Part shown: piece after piece, positions 50,576 to 60,837 of the stretch
Position numbering within the stretch: position 1 is the first letter of the stretch
Layout of the letters: each line of letters opens with the position of its first letter
Assembly (NCBI GenBank): GCA_965205675.1
Contig: OZ242186.1
Location: 1,536,001 to 1,600,000 of the forward strand
Reading direction: 5' to 3'
Origin: Nitrosopumilus sp.
GTDB taxonomy: Archaea; Thermoproteota; Nitrososphaeria; Nitrososphaerales; Nitrosopumilaceae
DNA length: 64,000 nt
The notes under the pieces: generated by a model
The model's database searches: none
What the model saw: the letters and a program-made list of their open reading frames with translations, nothing else
Told to the model about the DNA's origin: nothing
Made by a program: the position numbers and the translations under genes

Positions 50576-52317
50576 TTAATGAGTGAATGGATGTTTTTGA
50601 TTTGTAGTCTTTGGATTTAATCTTGTTTTGTTCTTTGAGTGTACAGTTAGTGTACAGTTCTCTGTTGTACTCTCTGGTACAGTTGTACTCTCTGGTACAG
50701 TTGTACTCTCTGGTATCTTTGATTTGATGATTACCGTATTTGTATTGGCATATACCTCCAACTCATCATTCTTTTTCAAATTAAGCAGCCTTGCAAACTC
50801 TATTGGAATGGTAACCTTTGTGGAATAGTATCTCTGATTCTGATATGTCTTTGAGTTTTTGCCTTACTTTAACAGGTGTCGAGTCTTTTAGCTCCTTTTT
50901 GTGCAGTCGTATGGTCCTAGTCTTTTCAGATGATGTAGCATGCAGTATTATTCCGTCTTGCAGTTGCATACCCTCTGCTGTTTTGTAGGGGATTATGACA
51001 TTGTATGAATCATGTCGCTGTATTCCATAGTTTGGTCTGGTCCCCTCTAGAGTAGGACCAGTAGCATACATACACTTTTCAGATAACTTGGGAGGCTTAC
51101 CCTCATGGTAAAGAGCAAATTCACATCAGCAGAAAAGTCAAGAGTGGTTTTAGAGTCACTAAACACAAACATTGCAACTGCAGAGTTGTGCAGAAAGTAC
51201 AATATTCATCCACAGACATTCTACCAATGGAGGGAACGATTTGTAGAAGGTGGCAAGGCATCATTAAATGGCACACCAAACGGAGATGTCTGCAAGAATC
51301 TGCAAAAGGAAAATGATTCCCTCAAAAAACTAATCGGCGAGATCACAATTGCCAATGACATTTTAAAAAAAACGTTGGAGAACCAGAAAAGATGACTGCA
51401 GTGAATCAACTGAACAAACACATCAGTTTGAACAAGTCATTGTTATTAATTGGAGTCTCAAAATCCAAATGGTATTACTCAAAGTCACCAAGAAGGATTC
51501 AGACAGATCCTGCAGTAACTGATGTAGTTCAAAAGATTGGAAAACAAAGGCCAACTTATGGAACCAGACGCATGGCATCCCAAGTCTCAAGGGAACTGAA
51601 CAAGCCTGTAAACAGAAAACAAATCAGAAGAATATTTCACAAATTGGGCTGGATTGAGCCTAAAAAGACCAAAAATGACATCATCAAATCTGCCAGAACA
51701 TTATTCAAGCCTGATGCACCAAACCAGTTGTGGCAGACAGACATCACATATGTCTGGTGTGGGGTTGACAGATGGTGCTACTGCTTTAACGTGATTGATG
51801 CATTTAGCAGGAAATGGATTTGGCATTCATTTGATGTGGCAGCTCCAAAGAGCACTGCAATTGACAGCATCATTAATGCAGTAGCTACTGCAAAGCCTGA
51901 TTGCACAAAACTGATTCTCAGAACTGACAACGGTTCGCAATACAACAGCCGAGATTTCAGAAAAGCAGTTGTTCTACTTGGAATAAGACACGAATTCATC
52001 TGGCACCACACGCCAGAACAAAACGGACATGTCGAATCATTCCACAAAACACTCAAGAAGGAATACTTGTGGAGGTACGAGTTTGCAAACTATCAGGAAG
52101 CCGAAGTTGCTCTAGAGAAAGCACGAATCGATTACAATGGTTCCAGGATTCATTCAGCGTTAGGATACCTTACTCCTGATGAATTCATGGAGTTATGGGA
52201 GATGAAAACATAAATGAATCAGACTGTATGTAAGATTATGCAAAAAGTGGTACTAAAAACAGGGGTCCACTCCAAGTTTTCCTTTTTTATCTTTGAGAAT
52301 ACCTGAAGTTTTGGCAT
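50576..52317 (-). pseudogene. Tandem AbrB/MazE-like domain gene split by IS3 and frameshifted
   Basis: Removing IS3 joins MPKLQVFSKIKKEN to YGIQRHDSYNVIIPYKTAEGMQL; second half VTIPIEFARLL..KNDELEV; 3 x 18-bp repeat at 50664-50715. Confidence 0.55.
51033..52274 (+). mobile_element. IS3-family element, copy 1 (orfA 51105-51395, orfB 51392-52213)
   Basis: TG...CA ends, 4-bp TSD AGTT, A8 slippery tract, WQTDITY, TDNGSQY, NGHVESFH. Confidence 0.95.
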
Positions 52318-52457
52318 TATCGTATCATGAGAAAAATTGAATTTAAAGGAGGAAAAAAGTGTTCTGTTGCATGCTGTAATTTTTCACTCTTGATTAAAAT
52401 CCCCTGACAAAAACCTCGCTAATGCCAATACAAGTTAATTCAAGCAATAAATAATCA

Positions 52458-52694
52458 TTGGGACTTGCCTTCGTTATGGAAAAACGCAAACTCTTAGGAG
52501 TTGTGATATTTGTTCTATGTATCTTGGCTTTCTTTCTGTATGCCTACCTGCTAATGCTCTCTGAATGGAGTCCCATTGTTTTACAGCTATCCATTTTGAT
52601 GATTGCAGGAGGAATATTGGGAGTCATTGCATGGATTGGCTACGTCATGGCTACAACAAAACAGACCCTATCCACAATAGATGATAAAAATTAG
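52458..52694 (+). CDS. Small two-TM membrane protein
   Basis: Two hydrophobic helices ending WIGYVMATT. Confidence 0.7.
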   Translation: MGLAFVMEKRKLLGVVIFVLCILAFFLYAYLLMLSEWSPIVLQLSILMIAGGILGVIAWIGYVMATTKQTLSTIDDKN

Positions 52695-52789
52695 TTCAGA
52701 GAAGAGTTGTATTTTACCAATGCTTGCAGGTCTTGCATTTTGGGTCTTGGAGATTATACAGAAACCTGCAATCATTAGAAATAAATACT

Positions 52790-53864
52790 AGACCTCTTGC
52801 GTAATTACAAACAAAATCTTATCTTTCATTGAATTTAATTTCAAATAATTTCTAATCTTATGGAATCACAACAAACTCTTGCTTCCATCTTGTCTTGAAA
52901 TTCACAATTCCACATACGATGTCACTTATTGCATCATATCTGCACAATCTATTCCTAAATGTCTCAGAATTAATCCTAAACTTTTTGATTTGAGAGATAA
53001 TATGTTCTACTTTTATTCGGATTCTTGACTGTATCTTGTTCCATTCCTTTTGATGTATGGTCAGTTTTTTTCCTTTCTTTTTCTTGTATGGTAGAATGCT
53101 TGTCTGTTCTGGAAAATCTTTTTCCACTTCCAAATACCCAAGGTCATAAAATATCATCACATCTTCGTGTAGTGCAGGATACTTTATTTTCAGTATGGCA
53201 TAATCATGTTTTTTACCTGGAGAATGTGGGGGTTTGTGGATTATCTCACCTTTCTGGTTTACGGTGTTTGGTTTTTTATTGTGTGTTTTTTTGCCTGAAT
53301 AGTGAGTCTTTCTTTTCTTTTTGTTCTGGGGTCTTGGGATTGGTTGTTCAGTACCATCAGTCATTGCAATTAATTCAGGAAAGAACAGTTGGAGTTGCTG
53401 TACATCATTTATTTTTTTAGAATCAGAGTATAGTTTTGCAGGAATAGGAACTGTTTTTCTTACTGCCGGCTCTAAATATCTGATGTTTCTGTAGACGTTG
53501 CTCTGGTCTAATCCAAACAGATATCCTGTCAATTCACATGTCAGGTACATCCGATAGTAAACAAACAACATTACAAGCTGGTCTTCAAGACTCAAATCAA
53601 ACTTTCGCCCAGCTCCGATACTTTTTTTTCTCTTTGCTTTGGATAATCTCTTCTTTTCTTCTATACGGTGATTCTTTCTGACGTCTCTTAGAATCACATC
53701 AAACTGTTGCCTAGTCACTCCAGTAAAAGGGAGAAGTGATTTTGGCTTTTTTGAGAGTTGCTTGTGTGTTGACATGAAATGTGTTAGGTTGTTCTTAGCT
53801 TTGGATCTTGCTGTGAAGGAATCTGTGTAGTATGGTAAAATATGTCTAATTACGCAAGAGGTCT
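52790..53864 (-). mobile_element. IS5-family copy C with a continuous 305-aa transposase ORF (52858-53775)
   Basis: Both TIRs; DGTEQPI, YSGKK, DLGY, RIKVEHII motifs. Confidence 0.93.
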
Positions 53865-53912
53865 AATAATTTCTGCTTAGAAAAATGGTTTTGATCTTTT
53901 TTACAAAAATAT

Positions 53913-54212
53913 TCAAGCAAATGAAAAAATAATGTTAACCTTTTTTGTGCCTAATTCTTGTTGTACATCTGGAAAAACTAATTCTTTGAAAGCAACAATA
54001 GTAATTTTAGCAGGGAATTTACTAAGAAATAAACGGACATCACTAGCATAATTAACATGCATCATTTCAGCAGGAATAACCATTCCAAGTCTTCCTCCAT
54101 CATTAAGACTGAACATTCCCGCAATTAGAAAAGGAGCCCAGATATTGGTGAGTTTATTTGATTTTATTCCTGCAGATTCCACAATTTTCTTTGCTTCTTT
54201 TTTAGATAGCAT
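53913..54212 (-). pseudogene. Internal fragment of an Eco57I-like N6-adenine DNA methyltransferase
   Basis: NIWAPF..LNDGGRLGMVIPAE..VNYA..VR pattern, lacking motif I and NPPY. Confidence 0.7.
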
Positions 54213-54479
54213 CTATTCCTCCAAATATTCCTGGATTTTATTTTTCATCTTTGGATTCAGACTGACTTCTAATCCATATCCTGTAGGTTTTGATAAAATC
54301 AGATTTTCTTTGATCAGAGATTCTCCCATTTTATCTATTTTTTTGAAACCCTGTTTTCCAGTATCTCGCTGACTGAATCCTTTTTTGAGATTCTCAAATG
54401 AGGTATGGCTAGCACCCCAATTTCCACGTCTGTAGAGTTTTCGTATGATTCTACCTTTGATTTCATCGTCTGTTAGCAT
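54213..54479 (-). CDS. Small archaeal winged-helix-like hypothetical protein
   Basis: IIRKLYRRGNWGASHTSFENLKKGF...KPTGYGLEVSLNP. Confidence 0.7.
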   Translation of the reverse strand: MLTDDEIKGRIIRKLYRRGNWGASHTSFENLKKGFSQRDTGKQGFKKIDKMGESLIKENLILSKPTGYGLEVSLNPKMKNKIQEYLEE

Positions 54480-54541
54480 GTGTTCACTTATAGTACCTTT
54501 GTTGGTTCACATTTAAATACATTTAAAATCATAGTATTGCT

Positions 54542-54895
54542 ATGGAAGACCAATCACTACTCCTACAGTACATGGGGGATACTCCAAAACTCAGAATAAT
54601 AGACTTCTTTCTGGATAATAGAGAGAGTGATTATTCTAAAAAAGAGATTATAGAGTACACAGGTATTTCTAAAACTACATTTTACAAGGTTTGGGATGGA
54701 ATTTTAGAATTTGAATTTTTAAAAACTACAAGAAAGTATGGCAAAGCACAACTATACGCACTAAATCCAGACTGTACACTTATCCAGAAGTTTAAAGATC
54801 TGGATAATGAACTTGGGAAGCAAGCCATGCAAAAGGCAACAGAAGAACCAATCCCTGCTCTGTCGTATCCCAAAATCAGTTCGTCCCTTATTTGA
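54542..54895 (+). CDS. Winged-helix HTH protein; C-terminus replaced by an IS481 end
   Basis: PKLRIIDFFL..DYSKKEIIEYTGISKTTF..TRKYGKAQLYALN. Confidence 0.8.
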   Translation: MEDQSLLLQYMGDTPKLRIIDFFLDNRESDYSKKEIIEYTGISKTTFYKVWDGILEFEFLKTTRKYGKAQLYALNPDCTLIQKFKDLDNELGKQAMQKATEEPIPALSYPKISSSLI

Positions 54896-55105
54896 CATCG
54901 TATTCTTCTCCTGTCTGCTCATCAATAACTCTTGTTCCTTTCTCGGGCATCTTTCTTGCATATGCCTTTGCAGGGGTCTCAAGATTATCCCAGTCAAGTG
55001 ACATGTATGGCTTTATGAGAATGCATGAAATCATATAAAGCAAATCAAAATTAACTGGAATTCTCAGAAATGCTATCTCAGAAATGATATGCCGGAGCTG
55101 ATATA
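54861..55105 (-). mobile_element. IS481-type internal deletion derivative
   Basis: TGTCGTATCCCAAAATC end; encodes PYMSLDWDNLETPAKAYARKM, like HGALDLDNMETPSDAYHSKM of the IS481 at 22111; the other end resembles that element's left IR. Confidence 0.6.
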
Positions 55106-55127
55106 CTGGAATATCTGAAACTTGAAA

Positions 55128-55900
55128 TTAATTTAAATTCTTTTGTTTTATTTCTGAAATTGTTCCAGCTGTGAAAAACTCCCTATCCACTAGCAATAGT
55201 TTAATCTTGATTCCATTATTGATGCCATCAGAGAGTAATTTACGCACAAAATCGGCATTTGATTTGTTGTCATACAAAGGATAACAACCTAATTGAGCCC
55301 TGATTCTTTTTTCTACACATTGCATGGTGCAGTAACTCTCAAAATGAGTAGTACTGTTTTTAGATTTTGATTTTATTAAAGAATGGTTTGGCAATTTGTC
55401 ATATCTTGGGATTAGATGTTTGTCAATTGCTACAGTAACTGGTTGTTCCAATACTCCCAATTCTTGTAATTTTGATACTGTACTATCTAGTGACTGATGT
55501 AATTGAATTTGCATTGTTTTTTGTGATATTTTTGATATGATTTTTCTCAACCATGAAACCAGTTGGAGAAGCATTATCTGATTCCATTGCCAGTCTCTTT
55601 AATCCAGATTCGGCATACGAATTTCCCAAACACAATGACATGATAGAATTATGTGCATCTGCATTGTGGAACCGTGAGTTATTTTTACTAGAGCATGGAA
55701 ACAACAAGATATTGTACATTATTTTAGTGATAATCTCAAATGCTTTAGATAGTATCACGCCTTGGTGTGTCATGGTATCAAATGAAGTACAATGCATATT
55801 TGATGGAGTGACATACTTCCATCAAGCTTTTTCTATCTGAATAGATTGATTGAATAATTGATAGTTTTTGATCTAAATTGAGTTACTTTCCCATCTACTG
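55128..55900 (-). mobile_element. Truncated ISH3 copy
   Basis: Near-identical to about 25490-26251 including the TIR ending 55900; 3' half missing. Confidence 0.9.
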
Positions 55901-56040
55901 GAGCAGAAAATCCAAGAACTGTAAAGAGAATGCTTTGCTGTTAGAGAATTTAGAATGAAATTAGATTTTATTTTTGTAAATCATTATGCCCAAGTCTCAA
56001 TTATCTTTATATTGAAATCTCTTTGTGATACGATTAGAAC

Positions 56041-59000
56041 ATGAACAAGCTAAAGTATGCAATACCATTTTTCATGATGATTTTGTTGATTCCGGGAGGA
56101 ATCATATTTGCTCAAATTACACCAGGAGAAGAAGCTTTTGTTGATAAAATAGGACCTGTCGCAAGTGTTGCAGACCAACACAAGTTTGATGATGGTTTTT
56201 ATGAAAAAATTCAGGATTTGATAAGAGACACCCCAAATGATGATGATATAGGCGTGCATGATGGCGTGCGCTATTATGATGTGATACTTGTTGTATCACG
56301 TGATGATGGGGATAATAGAGATCCTGATGCAGTTGCACAAGAAAATAAAGACGCACTTGTAAAAAGACTGGCGCTTCTTGGTGCACAAAACATAAGGTCT
56401 GCTGAATCACTTTCGTTTGTAACTGCATCGATTCCGGTTGCAGACATACCTGATTTTTCAATACATGATGAGGTTTATCGCTTGGGTGATGGAGAGCTAA
56501 CAGTTGTTGCAGAGACTGACATTGCAAGGGATACCATAAATGCATATCCTGATGACTTGCGCAGTAAAGTTGGAAGTGTACCTGATGGTACAGGAGTTGT
56601 TGTCGGAGTTGTTGATGATGGAATAAACAGCATACATCTAAATGATATAATAACTGACAGAATATACTGCCCTGATGGCTGTCGCATAAATAATGGGATT
56701 ATTACTGGCGCAAATCAGATTATTTCTTGGTTGAATGATACGTCTGCTACTCACGGCACCCATGTTGCTGGCGTACTTGCAGCTTCTGGAATGCCAAACA
56801 ATAATGGAATTGCCACAGGAGTCACTCTTTTAGATGCAAAAGATGCCGGCAACAATATAACTGCTAATAATTTAGCACATGTAATAGACTGGGCTTTTAG
56901 CAAGGGTGCAGACATTCTCAACAACAGTTATGGGATTGAGGTTTGTGGCAATTCCGGTAATACATCATATGATCTAATCTTAGATGAAGTCGTAGACAAG
57001 GGAGTAGTTGCTGTAAAATCTGCCGGAAATAGGGGCCACCCTACTAACTCCACTGTTGTATACCAATCAATAACTACCCCTGGCTGTTCACAAAATATCA
57101 TAACCGTAGGTGGAATAAATGATCGTACTCCAAATACCACCACAATGTATTATGATTCCAGTAGAGGTACTGTTGGCAATGATCACATATTAAAACCCGA
57201 AATTGTTGCACCTGCACACAACATACAAGTATTAAAATTCACCACAAATTCAACCACACACCCTCAAAATGGCACCAGTCTTGCAGCTCCTCAGGTAAGT
57301 GCTGCATCTGCAATGCTTTTACAACTAGAACCTACACTTTCTCCAGCTGAAGTCAAGGCATCTCTTTTGCTTGGAGCAAACTGGACAGGACCAATTCCAT
57401 GTACATCCACCCAATACGAAACAAACAACTCTAATGATAACTGTTCTTATGCAAGACAACCTTCTGATTTACAAACAGCAAATAATGCAGCATCACTTGG
57501 AATACTAAACAATGTCGGGTTTGGAATTTTAGATGTTGCAAACACACTAAATCTGGCCACTCCAAGAAATGCAGCTCACAATCATGTTGTAGGAGATTAT
57601 CTTGATTCACAAACAACTAGCAAACAATACACGTTTAGGGTAACTGATACAAATGAGCCAGTCAAAGTCATACTAACGTGGATGGTTCATCCTCACGGAG
57701 GCATAACTGACCAGCCCAGTCGTTTGAGCCCAACCAAAGCCAATCTTAATTTTGTAATAACTCCGCCTACTGGAGATGCAATACGTGCCCAGGCTGACCA
57801 TCAAACAAATGAGTTTGCCGTCTTTAACCCAACTATAACTGGAACATACACCATAACCGTATCAGGAACCGGACTGGAGAATCTCAGCAAACCCGTGCAA
57901 AACTTTGCATTGGCAAGCACTCTATCTTTGACACCCACTCCCACATCTACAAATACTCCTCCAACTGTAACTACTAGAACTGTAACAATAAATCCCAATC
58001 AGGCAGATGCAACCATAATCCGACTTGTAGGTGCCGACAGTGATGGAGATGCCATCTCCTTTAGTTTATCCACCCCACGTCATGGAATTGTGACCACTGA
58101 TGAGTTTATCACAAAAACATCCTCGAGAGTCTTGTATACTCCTGACTCTACATTTAGAAATAGTGATACATTCACAGTTACTCCTCAGGATGGTTCTACA
58201 ACTGGTACACCCCAAACAATTGTAATTAATTCTGAATCCCTACCTACTGGCTCAAGAGATGTATCTCCTAACTCATCAAATATTCGCGATTGGGATACAC
58301 TGGAGGTAACATCAGGATTCATTAATGCAGAATATTCTCAGGATTTCACAGGCAAAAACTATCCGATAACCTCATTATATGTCGGCTCTGTCAATATGGA
58401 GGGAGTAGAACTAGAACTTGAAACTACAACTGGTGCACAATACACAATAGCTGTGCCTCCAAGTGGGACAAGAATGATAGACTTTGCAACTCCTATCACT
58501 GTTCGTTCTATCACGTTGTCTGCTGATGGACTAGATGAGGAAACTCCATATCTGATAGATCGTGGCCAAAGCAATTCCGACCCATCAGATAGAAATGATG
58601 TTCGTATGTTTGTAGGTTATGTCCCAAGTTCATGTGATGCATCTGGTGCCAGTGGTCAGTCTGCTCATACTAATTCTTGCCCAATGCCAACATATGATAT
58701 CATTATAAAATCTGAACAAAGTATCGCTGATGCAGCAAGAAACCAATCAGTTACCAGTACTACAAATGTTCCAATTAATGGAACGTTGTCGTCATTGTCT
58801 GCATCTGTTAATTTGACTCATACATATATCGGGGATCTAAAATTAGTCCTCACATCCCCTGATGGTACCGAGATTATCCTACATAACAGAAGCGGAGGAA
58901 CCACTAATGACATCAATGAAACATATTCTTCATCATCTCAAACAGATCTTGCGGCACTGAGAAATTCTCAAATTCATGGTAATTGGACACTATCTGTAGG

Positions 59001-60837
59001 AGACTATGCAGCCGGAGATGTGGGTGTCCTTCATCAATGGGGCTTGAAGATAACATATGCCTTGTTGCCTGATTCTACTCTTACCCCTGTTGACCCCTCA
59101 CCCCCATCAAATACAGTACAAGCCATATTCTCAGATGATTTTGAGTCATCACTTACTGGAAAATGGATAGAGACCGGTGAGGGAGACTGGGTAATCTCAA
59201 CATCTAATGGTCAACGAGTACCCACATTACCCGGGCATCTGCAGACAAACAAAGTGTTGCACTCTGATAATTGTGATTATTCATGTACAGTTACACTTGA
59301 AAATCCTATTGATTTGAGAGATTATTCTTCTGCAACTCTGTCATTTTACAGGTTTATAGATTCTGGTTTTGATCGTGATGAATATCTCAAGGTAGACTTG
59401 TTTGATGGCAGTAGATGGAATACTGTGTATCATTGGTCTCCAAATCTTGGGGGTGATGACCACAGATGGCATGACGAATCATATGATCTTTCATCATATC
59501 TTAATACATCTAATTTTAAGATTAGATTTGTAACACAGCAAAGCAGCTCCAGTGAGGATGTACAAATTGATGATGTCGTAATATCTGGAGTACGTTCAGA
59601 TACTGATTCTACTCCAACTAATCCGACACCTCCTAATACGACTGATTTCTCCGTATATGTTGCAGATACAGATGATCGAGAGGTTCTAGTGTTTTCCAAA
59701 ACAGGTGCATATCTTGATAGTTTTGTTGACCGAAGATCTGGCGGATTGGGTAAGGTATGGGATATAGCATTTGGTCCTGATGGTCACATGTATGCCTCAG
59801 ATAATACCAACAGCAAGATACGCAAGTATAACGGTGCCACTGGTGCACCAATTAGTGACAGTAACGGATGGGCATCTACTGCAGGATATCCATATGGACT
59901 TGTCTGGAATGGCAACACATTGTATGTTGCAACATCAATGGGCGTAGAGCGATTCTCATCATCTGGAACATCTCTGGGATTCTTTGGAGATGCATCAAGG
60001 ACCACGTCCAGTGCCGGTGCTGTGCCACTGGCATCTGCATATGATGTTGTATTCTGTCCTGATAACCGCATGTATGTATCAGACAGAGCACTAGGCAAAA
60101 TAGCATACTTTACTACATCAAGTGGGGTATATCAGGGCGAAATTATAGGATCTGATACAAATTCGATAAACACACAAAGACCAACAGGTCTTGAATGTGC
60201 CTCTGGCAACATACTGTATCAGAGCGGAGATGATAATGGACGAGTAAATAAAATAAATTCTTCTATTCCTTCACTGTCAAGTGCCATCACATCAAACATT
60301 GATGAACCATACAACATGGATATGGATGCGGCAGGCAACATTTACGTTGCAAACAAGGACGATGACAATGTTGTAAAAATAACTCCTAGCGGTGTATCCT
60401 CTGAATTTACATCCGGAACGCATGGCCTCGATGATCCACGCGGTCTCACCATAGGACCAAGATTCACCAGCACCTCTGGTGCTTTGGGTCAATCTGAAAG
60501 CATTGATGATTCAAATGATAGTCCAGAATTTTTGTTGATGCAAAACGGTGCTGAGATAAACGGACCTCTGTCTGTTTTAGATATGCCATTTAGAGTACAG
60601 GCAACAGACTCTGAAGGGGATGTCATAACCATAAGAGTTACCAATGACAGTCTGCCAGAATCTGCCATATCGATAACTGATCACAGAAATGGCACTGCTG
60701 TAATATCTATTGATTCTTCTGCAATATCTGCAGGAACATATGTCTTTTGGGTTGATGTGTACGATGATGCAGATAACCATGAGCGTGAACCATATGCCAT
60801 AGTTATGCCAGAATCTGGAGAGAGTACCAATGAATAA
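56041..60837 (+). CDS. Secreted multidomain S8 subtilase (pro-region, S8, Ig-like, proprotein-convertase P-domain, jelly-roll, NHL-like beta-propeller, Ig/cadherin-like)
   Basis: VVDDG, HGTHVAG, SAGN, GTSLAAP; HTYIGDL..L.SPDG..GNWTL P-domain; DIAFGPDGHMYASD and DAAGNIYVAN repeats. Confidence 0.93.
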   Translation: MNKLKYAIPFFMMILLIPGGIIFAQITPGEEAFVDKIGPVASVADQHKFDDGFYEKIQDLIRDTPNDDDIGVHDGVRYYDVILVVSRDDGDNRDPDAVAQENKDALVKRLALLGAQNIRSAESLSFVTASIPVADIPDFSIHDEVYRLGDGELTVVAETDIARDTINAYPDDLRSKVGSVPDGTGVVVGVVDDGINSIHLNDIITDRIYCPDGCRINNGIITGANQIISWLNDTSATHGTHVAGVLAASGMPNNNGIATGVTLLDAKDAGNNITANNLAHVIDWAFSKGADILNNSYGIEVCGNSGNTSYDLILDEVVDKGVVAVKSAGNRGHPTNSTVVYQSITTPGCSQNIITVGGINDRTPNTTTMYYDSSRGTVGNDHILKPEIVAPAHNIQVLKFTTNSTTHPQNGTSLAAPQVSAASAMLLQLEPTLSPAEVKASLLLGANWTGPIPCTSTQYETNNSNDNCSYARQPSDLQTANNAASLGILNNVGFGILDVANTLNLATPRNAAHNHVVGDYLDSQTTSKQYTFRVTDTNEPVKVILTWMVHPHGGITDQPSRLSPTKANLNFVITPPTGDAIRAQADHQTNEFAVFNPTITGTYTITVSGTGLENLSKPVQNFALASTLSLTPTPTSTNTPPTVTTRTVTINPNQADATIIRLVGADSDGDAISFSLSTPRHGIVTTDEFITKTSSRVLYTPDSTFRNSDTFTVTPQDGSTTGTPQTIVINSESLPTGSRDVSPNSSNIRDWDTLEVTSGFINAEYSQDFTGKNYPITSLYVGSVNMEGVELELETTTGAQYTIAVPPSGTRMIDFATPITVRSITLSADGLDEETPYLIDRGQSNSDPSDRNDVRMFVGYVPSSCDASGASGQSAHTNSCPMPTYDIIIKSEQSIADAARNQSVTSTTNVPINGTLSSLSASVNLTHTYIGDLKLVLTSPDGTEIILHNRSGGTTNDINETYSSSSQTDLAALRNSQIHGNWTLSVGDYAAGDVGVLHQWGLKITYALLPDSTLTPVDPSPPSNTVQAIFSDDFESSLTGKWIETGEGDWVISTSNGQRVPTLPGHLQTNKVLHSDNCDYSCTVTLENPIDLRDYSSATLSFYRFIDSGFDRDEYLKVDLFDGSRWNTVYHWSPNLGGDDHRWHDESYDLSSYLNTSNFKIRFVTQQSSSSEDVQIDDVVISGVRSDTDSTPTNPTPPNTTDFSVYVADTDDREVLVFSKTGAYLDSFVDRRSGGLGKVWDIAFGPDGHMYASDNTNSKIRKYNGATGAPISDSNGWASTAGYPYGLVWNGNTLYVATSMGVERFSSSGTSLGFFGDASRTTSSAGAVPLASAYDVVFCPDNRMYVSDRALGKIAYFTTSSGVYQGEIIGSDTNSINTQRPTGLECASGNILYQSGDDNGRVNKINSSIPSLSSAITSNIDEPYNMDMDAAGNIYVANKDDDNVVKITPSGVSSEFTSGTHGLDDPRGLTIGPRFTSTSGALGQSESIDDSNDSPEFLLMQNGAEINGPLSVLDMPFRVQATDSEGDVITIRVTNDSLPESAISITDHRNGTAVISIDSSAISAGTYVFWVDVYDDADNHEREPYAIVMPESGESTNE

